64,000 nucleotides of DNA, taken from the NCBI GenBank assembly GCA_964373715.1, contig CAYJVR010000002.1, positions 182,937 to 246,936 on the forward strand. The letters are read 5' to 3'. The first letter of the stretch is position 1; the number at the start of each line of letters is the position of its first letter. The position numbers were made by a program, and so were the translations under genes. Under the pieces are notes generated by a model. It was not told the DNA's origin and ran no database searches. It saw only the letters and a list, made by a program, of their open reading frames with translations. Shown piece by piece: positions 34,781 to 43,500 of the stretch. This DNA is from an uncultured Planctomycetia bacterium (GTDB taxonomy: Bacteria; Omnitrophota; Gorgyraeia; 1-14-0-20-64-10).

Positions 34781-34856
34781 TGGTGGAGCTGAGGGGGATC
34801 GAACCCCTGGCCTCCTGCATGCCATGCAGGCGCTCTCCCAGCTGAGCTACAGCCCC
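34781..34856 (-). tRNA. tRNA-Ala (anticodon GGC) with encoded CCA
   Basis: The minus strand reads GGGGCTGTAGCTCAGCTGGGAGAGCGCCTGCATGGCATGCAGGAGGCCAGGGGTTCGATCCCCCTCAGCTCCACCA. The Ala identity pair G3:U70 is present. Anticodon loop ATGGCAT. T-loop TTCGATC. Confidence 0.85.
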
Positions 34857-34919
34857 GCTTAGACCCTTCAGTCTAAGGGGCGACCATCTCGTTGTCAACA
34901 TTTCAGGGGGCGTGCTAGA

Positions 34920-37451
34920 ATGCCTATTCCGACGATGAGTTACTCCTTTAACGAGTGTGAACCCAAATGGCAGCGCCGCTGGAAGGAGGCGGGGTCTTTT
35001 AAGGCCGTCCCTCATTCCACCCCTCTCCCTGGGGGAGAGGGAAAGGGTGAGGGGAAAAAGTATTACCTGCTTGAAATGTTCCCATACCCCTCCGGCCGGA
35101 TCCACATGGGGCACGTGCGCAACTACACGATCGGAGATATCCTCGCCCGCTACCGGCTCGCGCAGGGGTTCAGGGTGCTCCACCCGATGGGGTTTGACGC
35201 GTTTGGTCAGCCGGCCGAGAATGCCGCGATCAAAAGAGGGGTGGACCCCGTCGCTTGGACACTCGACTGCATCGGGCAGATGCAGGCCGGGTTAAAGCGG
35301 CTTGGTTTTTCTTACGACTGGGACCGGGAGGTGTCCACCTGCAGCGCCGACTATTACCGCTGGAACCAGTGGATTTTCCTGAAAATGTTTGAAAAGGGGC
35401 TGGCCTACCGGGCGGGCGCGCCAGTCAACTGGTGTCCCAGCTGTCAGACGACGCTGGCGAATGAGGAGGTCGTGCAGGAGGGGTGCTGGCGCTGCGGCAC
35501 CGCCGTCGAGAAGAAGGAGCTGGAGCAGTGGTACCTGAAGATCACCGCCTACGCGCCGGAGCTGCTCGATGACCTCTCGAAATTGATCCACTGGCCTGAC
35601 CGGGTTCTCACGATGCAGAGAAACTGGATCGGCAGGAGCGAGGGGACGCAGATCCGTTTCATGCTCCAGGACAGCGCCAAGACATTCGACGTCTTCACTA
35701 CGAGGCCTGACACGATCTTCGGCGCGACCTACGTGGTGCTGGCCCCCGAACATCCGCTGGTTTCGGAGCTGATCCAGGGGAAGCCTCAGGAAAAACAGGT
35801 TCGCGTGTTTATCGGAAAGGTTTCCCGCCAGTCGAAGCAGGACCGGGTCGCCGAAGGGGTCAAAAAAGAGGGGATATTCACCGGGGCTTTCGCGGTCAAC
35901 CCGGTGAACGGGGAGTCGGTCCCGGTTTGGGTGGCCGATTACGTCCTGTTCGAATACGGCACCGGCGCGGTGATGGCGGTGCCGACGCACGACCAGAGGG
36001 ATTTTCTCTTTGCGCGGGAGCATAATCTGCCGATGCGCGTCGTGATTTCCCCTCCCGATGGGAAAACGGACCCGGACGGCTGGAAAGAGGCTTATGAGGG
36101 GGAAGGCAAACAGGTCAACTCCGGCCAGTTTGACGGGATGCCCAATGCCGAAGGGAAGAAAAAGATTGCGCTCTGGATGGAGGAAAAGGGGTGGGCGAAA
36201 AGGACCGTCCAATGGCGGCTCCGGGATTGGTTGATTTCCAGGCAGCGCTACTGGGGCACGCCGATCCCGGTGATTTACTGCGGTGCGTGCGGCGTTGTTC
36301 CGGTGCTGGAGGATCAACTGCCGGTCATTCTTCCGGAGAAGATCGAGATCACTGGCACCGGCGGGTCACCGCTGGCCAAGGTGAAGGAATTCGTCGAGAC
36401 CGCCTGCCCGAAATGCCGGAAACCGGCGAGGCGGGAGACCGACACGATGGCGACCTTCATCGACTCCTCCTGGTATTTCCTCCGGTTCTGCTCGCCCGGC
36501 GAGCAAAAACTGCCGTTTGACTCCGCCGCGGCGGATTTCTGGATGCCGGTGGATCAGTACATCGGCGGCATTGAGCACGCGATCCTCCATCTGCTCTACT
36601 CCCGGTTTTTCACCAAATTCCTCCGGGACCTCGGGCTCTTAAAACTGGAGGAGCCGTTCTCCCGTTTGCTGACGCAGGGGATGGTGCTGAAGGACGGCGA
36701 AGTGATGTCAAAATCCAAGGGAAACGTGGTGGACCCCGATGGTGTGATCGCCAAATACGGGGCCGACGCATTAAGAGTATTCATCCTGTTCGCCGCCCCT
36801 CCCGAAGACCAGCTGGAATGGAACGACAGCGCGATCGAAGGGATCTGGCGGTTTTTGAACAGGGTATGGGATCTTGCGGAGCGGTTTAGCGTTCAAAGTT
36901 TAAAGTTCAAAGAAGAAGAGAGTGAATCAAAAGATTCGGGTCCTGAACATGAAACGTTAAACCTTAAACTTGAAACTGAACTTAAGCGGAAAGTCCACGC
37001 CGCGATCAAACGGGTGACCGAGGATATCGAATTGTTCAAGTTCAACACGGCGATCAGCGGCTTGATGGAACTGAGGAACGGGATGGAAAAGGGATTGAGC
37101 GGCTGTTCGCCAGCGGCTGCCCGGGAGGCGGTCGAAGCGCTCATCCGGCTGCTCAATCCGTTCGCTCCGCACATGACTGAAGAGCTTTGGGAGATGCTCG
37201 GCCACAAAGAGATGCTGGCCGCCGGCCCCTGGCCTGCTTATGATGCCGGCCTGTTGACCGAGAGCGAAGTGACAATCGTCGTGCAGGTCAACGGCAAGGT
37301 CCGTTCCCGCATCACCGTGCCTGTAAACATGGAAAAAGAGCAGCTCAAGAGCCTTATTTTAGCCGATCCTGCGCTTAAAAAGTGGATTGACGGCAATACC
37401 GCAAAAGAGTGGGTGATTGTCCCCAACCGGGTCGTCAACATCGTTGTTTAA
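34920..37451 (+). CDS. leuS: Leucyl-tRNA synthetase
   Basis: [55 protein letters not shown] (HIGH region). The KMSKS motif is VMSKSKGN. The match runs the full length of 843 aa. Confidence 0.9.
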   Translation: MPIPTMSYSFNECEPKWQRRWKEAGSFKAVPHSTPLPGGEGKGEGKKYYLLEMFPYPSGRIHMGHVRNYTIGDILARYRLAQGFRVLHPMGFDAFGQPAENAAIKRGVDPVAWTLDCIGQMQAGLKRLGFSYDWDREVSTCSADYYRWNQWIFLKMFEKGLAYRAGAPVNWCPSCQTTLANEEVVQEGCWRCGTAVEKKELEQWYLKITAYAPELLDDLSKLIHWPDRVLTMQRNWIGRSEGTQIRFMLQDSAKTFDVFTTRPDTIFGATYVVLAPEHPLVSELIQGKPQEKQVRVFIGKVSRQSKQDRVAEGVKKEGIFTGAFAVNPVNGESVPVWVADYVLFEYGTGAVMAVPTHDQRDFLFAREHNLPMRVVISPPDGKTDPDGWKEAYEGEGKQVNSGQFDGMPNAEGKKKIALWMEEKGWAKRTVQWRLRDWLISRQRYWGTPIPVIYCGACGVVPVLEDQLPVILPEKIEITGTGGSPLAKVKEFVETACPKCRKPARRETDTMATFIDSSWYFLRFCSPGEQKLPFDSAAADFWMPVDQYIGGIEHAILHLLYSRFFTKFLRDLGLLKLEEPFSRLLTQGMVLKDGEVMSKSKGNVVDPDGVIAKYGADALRVFILFAAPPEDQLEWNDSAIEGIWRFLNRVWDLAERFSVQSLKFKEEESESKDSGPEHETLNLKLETELKRKVHAAIKRVTEDIELFKFNTAISGLMELRNGMEKGLSGCSPAAAREAVEALIRLLNPFAPHMTEELWEMLGHKEMLAAGPWPAYDAGLLTESEVTIVVQVNGKVRSRITVPVNMEKEQLKSLILADPALKKWIDGNTAKEWVIVPNRVVNIVV

Positions 37452-37542
37452 ACCAGCACACCAGTTCATTAATAGTAAATAAATCTATATTATCGGCCTT
37501 GTTTTCTCTCTCTCGTACAGGTAAACTTTTTATAAACCCCTG

Positions 37543-40500
37543 ATGTTAAAGAAGAAAGCCTCGAGCAGAGCTATTTTTTTTGCCCGCTTATTGAGCTCTT
37601 TTTTGATCGTGGAGCTGGCGGTAGGGGGAACCCCTGCCCATGCTCTGCGTCCGATCAACGCTCCTGAATCGGGCACTGCCTTAGATCTTCAGGGAGCTCT
37701 CCGTACAGGCCTCCCGGATCTCTCTCCTTTGAACGCCGGCCTCGAAGAGGTCCCTCCCGGTTGGTATTCTCAAGCTGTTTTCTACAGCATGGAGATGGAC
37801 CGGTTTGTTGATGGGTTGACGCCGGATGCTCTCACCCGGGATGAGATGGAGGTGGTCAGGGGTTTCCTCGAGAACCGGGAGACTGCTCTGCTGGAGGGGG
37901 TCAGCCAGATCATGAGCGACAAGAACTCGGCGATCCACTTTGTCCCGGAAATGACCGAGTCGGAGATTCTCCGGGAGTACCAGAACGACCCGGACCGCCG
38001 CCAGCAGACGCCGTACTACTGGGGTACGGCGCGTGTTCCGTTCGTTGACCTGAAAAAGATGGTCGGAACCTTCAACCTGCCGAAGGATTTCCCAGACCAG
38101 TTCAAGGACCTCGTGTATAGGGCGCTCCGCCGCCGTCATCCTCTGGGAAAGTCGCCTCTCTACGGCGGAGTTCGCGGAGGGGCTCTCGGCGCCCGCATCG
38201 TGATGATGCACCAGGCCCCTGACCAGTTTGCGCTCAGCGTGCGGGAGGCGATTGACGAGGCCCGGGACCGGATCAAAGAGCTTTATCCGGAGGTTTTTGT
38301 GGGAAACATGAGTGTCCAAGGCCAGGCCGAAGTGCCGCGTTCGCAACTGTTCGACCAGATCATCGCCAAGCTCCGCTTTTACTCTTCCCATGTGTCAATC
38401 ACTCTGCCTGACCCTCCGGAATCCCCATCGATCAGCCTCGCATTCGACGGGATGATGCGTGTGCCGCTCAAAGATGTTCCGCGGACGCTTGAACGGGGTG
38501 AGGTTGAGGCGATTGACGAGGGCAGGAAGCCCCCTTATCTGAATCCAGACCAGCTTGCCCTCCTCGCTGAGGACCCCGCCACAGCGGCCGAATTAGTCCA
38601 ACAGTATCTCGACTGGGACCGGTACTTCAGCGAGCGCCGCGGCAAGTACTCGACCGCCGCTCGGTACTGGCTCCGGCAGGTGGCGCTGCTCCGGGCCAGG
38701 GGCGAGGAGAACGACCGGGCCCGCGCCATAGCGAGTTTCTTCATCGAGAGACTGATGTCCGACCGGTGGGCCAGTTTGAACGCGCGGCTTCCACTGTCAG
38801 AGGTGATCTACTTCCCGGATATTGATCCGGAGTTGACCCAGGCTATCCGCCAGGTGATGCCGCCCGAGATGCTCCCGGCCCCGGAGCACCCGGAACGGAT
38901 CCTGGTCATTGACGACGCGTTCATCAGCGTATTGATCGAGGGGTTCCGCAGCATGATAAAGAAGAGTCCGACCCGGTCGCAGCAGCAGATGCAGTCCATG
39001 CGGATGCTCGGCCGGATTTTCAAGATCATGCTCGAAGGGTACAGGGGGACCGTCCCCTTGGCGAACTACCACACCGCGCGCAATCCGCGGCTCCGCCACG
39101 CGATCGACCGGGTGTACAACCTGGACCGGCCGGAGGGGACCTCCTCGAAGCGGATGATGGACGCCTGGGAACATCTGGACCAGCGCCGGCTGCTGCTGGA
39201 CCGGGCCGTCCGTGAGAAGAGCGATCAGGTCCAACCGCTCCGGGACCAGATGCAGGTTGCGCTTGATCAGTTCAAGGAGGAGTACCGGCGTTACCGGCTC
39301 GACGCCTACGAAGCGATGATGCTCGCGCCCCGGGATCCCCGCGTGGAGGAGGTTGTGAAGCTGTACTGGGTTGACCAGTACGCCGAAGCCGACCGGTCGG
39401 GACATATCGCCTCCCTCCGGGGACATCTCACCGGCGAGAGGGACCGTCTGATCGCCCGCCGGGACCAGATTGTTGCAGGCACTCCCGCAACGGTCGAGCT
39501 CGATTCCGCTATCGGCCGCTTGAACCGGCTCATCGGGCTCTTGAATCCCGGCGCGTTTATCGTCAAGCGCCCGGAAGGGGACGAGATCGCGCCCGTGATG
39601 CGGCACTCGAACGGTCTGTTCGTGATGGGGTTAACCGAGCGGAACAAGGGATGGTCGCACGACCAGACTTATCCGCCCGGCCCGACCGACGAGATCTATT
39701 CGGCGATTACGCTAAGGTCTCTTGACGACGCGGTGAAAAAATATTCCGAATCGGGCGGCGACACCCGCCGGGCAATGGTCGGCGCGCTGGCGAACACGAA
39801 CGCGGTTATCCTGCAGGTGGAGCCGCGCGACTTCCCGACTTACGAGAAACATCTGGAAAACGGACTGGTTGTCCGTATGGAGTCGTACGCCCCCCCCGGG
39901 TTGCCCGCCCCGACCAGCTTGCGCAGCCCCCGCAGCCGGAACTGGTACCGCTGGCTGGCAGACCGGGACGCCAAGGGCAGCCCATGGCAGGAGGACCCGG
40001 CCCGGACCGGCCCCGCCGAGAGGCACCCCGACCTCCGGCGTTTCCGGGACAAGTTGTCGGTTGCCGCGATCTACAACGAGGTTTTGCTGTCGCCCGATCT
40101 TTTGCCGGAGATGTTCGCCCAGCTTGAGTTGGCGACCGACATCCAGAAGAAACGGCCTGACCTGGTGTCCCGGGTCGTAGAGATCCATGAGATTGTCAAG
40201 GAGCCCGAGAGCGTGTGGGATCTCCCGCCCGACGCGTTGGCCGGACTCGAAGAACTTGAGGCCGGTTTTCAGAGGATGGAGACGGCCGGCGACGTGTCCG
40301 GGCTGGAAGAGACGCCCCTTCAACAGAAGATTTTTCTCAGGCTGCGCACTCAGAGCCGGAGGATTTCCGAGCGCCTTCAAGGCCACCCTTTTCCTATAAA
40401 AATTCTGTTGGGCCCCGGTCAGATGCCGGTTTACCGGGCGGAGAATGACGGTCTGCCTATGAACCGGATGACATTGTGGCTGTTCAGCCGCGGCGTCGAG

Positions 40501-43500
40501 AACCTGATCCTGCGCGAGGCGGGCCCGGAGTTTCAGCAGGAATTTTCCGATGCGGTGCGGGAGTTCGGCGCCAACCAGCCTTTTACGATGTACGACGGTC
40601 AGACGGTCCTGACGATGGCCAGCACCGATGAGGTCAGGCAGTTGGTTGAGGGAGACGCGCGGCTTAACCCTCAGCAAAGAGCGAGAGTCATTTTACTCAA
40701 AGAGTTTATCGACCGCAGCCGGGGGTTGAACCCGGACGCCGTTGTTGAAGCCGCCGTTAACTTTCTGTTTGATGATAATTACCGAAACCTGTTGGAGAAC
40801 GTCAATCACGTCCGGACCAACCCGGGCAAGAATCCCCGGTTGGCCGGCGGCAAACCGCCGGTCCGGTCGGCCGGCGAGATTGATTCGCAGAGAGGGGTCG
40901 AGATCTGGCTGGTCAAAGAGGGCAACGATACGATGGTTGCCCAGGTCTCCGTTTTCTTGAAGGACGGCACTCGCTCCTTGTTTGTGGTCAACGTTGCAAA
41001 GGATTTAACCGACGCGGGAAGAATCTTGACGGAAGTTGTTCAGGTGCTCGACGCGAACTACGAGCGGCATCCGGGCTACAGCATGGAGACCTTCCAGTTC
41101 GGCGAAGGGACGGCTTTCGTGGGAACCAGAGAACAGAAGATCCCGCTTTTCACCGGAGAATGGCTTGAGGGATACGAAGAGTCCCATCTGTTTGCGGTCC
41201 CCGAAGATTCCGGCCAGCCGGCCCGCTTCCATGTCTGGTGGGGCCAGAACTCCCGTTTGAGCGAGCCTCTTTCAGAGACCGAATCGGACAGCGTTTGGTC
41301 GGCGTTGATAGAAGCCCAAACCGTTCTCTCCTGGATCGAAGGTCGCGGCAAAAATAGGAGGGCCATATTGAGCCAGCCCAACGTGAATGCCGGGGATATG
41401 CCGGTGATCAAGCCGGGAAACGGCTGGAAGGGGGTCCTCATCTGGGACCGCCGGATGGTACCGCCCGAGAAATTCGACCTTGGCCAGATGGTTTTGGAAG
41501 GGCTTCTTAAACAGGTCGTCGATTCGCGCGGCGGCCAGATTCGCAGGATTTGGTGGGGAAAGCCGGAGAAGGCAGTGGAGGCGATCCGCCGCGGTTTCGT
41601 GGAAGCGGCCCGCTACCAGGCGGAGAAAGCGGGGAAGGACCAAAGACGGGCCATGCGGCAGGCTCAGGCGAGCTTGAACCGGATTTTCGAGAGGGTTTAT
41701 GAGGGGACCTTACAGGCATGGGCCAACGATCCCAGCCTCTATCCTGGGTGGAGCGATTTCACGGCTTCGGAAAAACAGCGTTTTTCGGAAATCGTTGCGC
41801 AGGCGCGCCATGTGGTCGGCGTTGTTATCGGAGAAGAGGAGCCTCAATCGCTGGAAGAATCGGGTCTTGAGGAAGGGTACGCAGCGAAGTCGGACCGGCT
41901 GGAGCGGTTGATTCCTGAGGTTGAACAGCTCATGGCGGCCGAAACCAAAAGCGGCCTCCTTCGCAGGACCATCGGGGAGATCCGGAGCGATTCGTATTTT
42001 GTCGAGGGGCAGATCGCTTACATTCCCGTGCGCCAGGGAGCGCTCTACGTGATCGGCGATAACCACGGCGATTACAAGAGCCTGCGCAAGGCGATCCAGC
42101 GGAGTGGCTATGATCCGGAGGATCCGGACCGGCCCCATCTTGTTTTTGTCGGCGATTACGGGGATGTCGGGAAGAAAAGCTTGGATGTGGTTCTTCAGGT
42201 GTTGGAAATGAAGCTGGCCGATCCGGAGCGGATCACCCTGCTGGCGGGCAATCACGACCGGGACCGGCCCACCCGCGGGTCGGAAGACGTCCAAAAGTGG
42301 ATCGCCGCCGGCAACGAACCGTCCCGCTGGTTTTTCTGGGAGTTGGAGGAGAAGATTGGCCCTCAGCGGGGTTCCGCCCTGTTTGACCGGCTTACCCGGT
42401 TGGCCAGAAGTTTGCCGATGCTGGTTGTGACGGCCAACGGGATCGCCGTAACGCACGCAAGTCCCCCCTCCGCGCTTGATCCTTTGTACAAGCCGGAAGA
42501 GGGGCTCCTGGGGATCGCGGGCAATCAGAAACTGCTGGACCGGTTTGCCTTCAACCTGATCCGATATCCGGATGCTGAAGCGGATGAGCAGAACACCACC
42601 TTTCACCGGATGCATCCCCGTTTGGAGATGGGACATTGGATCGGCCGGCAGGGGATCGACACTTTCCTGAACAGCATCGGGGCGACGGTCTTGGTTCGGG
42701 GGCACAACCGGACCGGGCCCGTTCTGCCGACCCACCAGGGGAAGGTGCTGACCGTCATCACCACCGACTGGCGTTCCAACGACGGCGGCTATCCGAAGCA
42801 GGACAGAGGGGTTGCCCGGATCGCCAAGTTTGACTTGGCCGCCTCCTATGCTCAGATACCGTCCGAAGTCATCCTCTCCGTTTGGGACGCCGCAGGCCGG
42901 CTGCCGCGGCAGTCGCCGTCGGGTCTCGAGGAGGTGTCGGAGCGGGTACCGTTTGAGTTAGGACAGCTTGCCGAACGGAGCCGGTCGGATCTTCCGTTGA
43001 TTGTTGATCTGCAGACCCTTCCGCCGGGACTCCTGCGCGATTTCATCGAATGGCTTAACCAGATCGAGGCGGATGATGTGGTGGTGATCGGCGGGATGCT
43101 GCGCGATACGCTTCTCGGATATGAGCCGGGCGACGTTGATTTTGCCGTCAAGGTAGAGTTGCCCGCTGACCTACAGCAGTCTTGGCAGGAGGATGTGCGG
43201 CGGCTGACGCCGATTGCTTTGAATGAGAAGTACAAGCTCCAATATCGAGCCGACAAGGTGCTTTACCAAGTCGCAAAGAAAATGCAGATCTCTCCTAGCC
43301 GGCTACTCCGGCTGAGAGAACGGTTTCAGGAGCAGGGTTTGGAGTTCAGCTTCAGCGCGGTGGTTGCGGGAAATTTCTTGATTGATTTCGGACGGCAGGC
43401 AACCTTTACAGTTAATCAGATTGCGATGGACCGGAAGGGCCGTGTTTATCTGCCTGAATCGCGGAGAGGGTTCGAGGATCTTTTCAACCGGTTGATCGTT

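Noticed and set aside
38797-42735. Several 270-340-aa minus-strand ORFs (38797..39606, 39712..40677, 41710..42735) inside the 2587-aa gene
   Set aside because: Antisense artefacts of a long high-GC ORF. The plus frame is continuous for 7.7 kb and carries recognisable phosphoesterase and NTase motifs.
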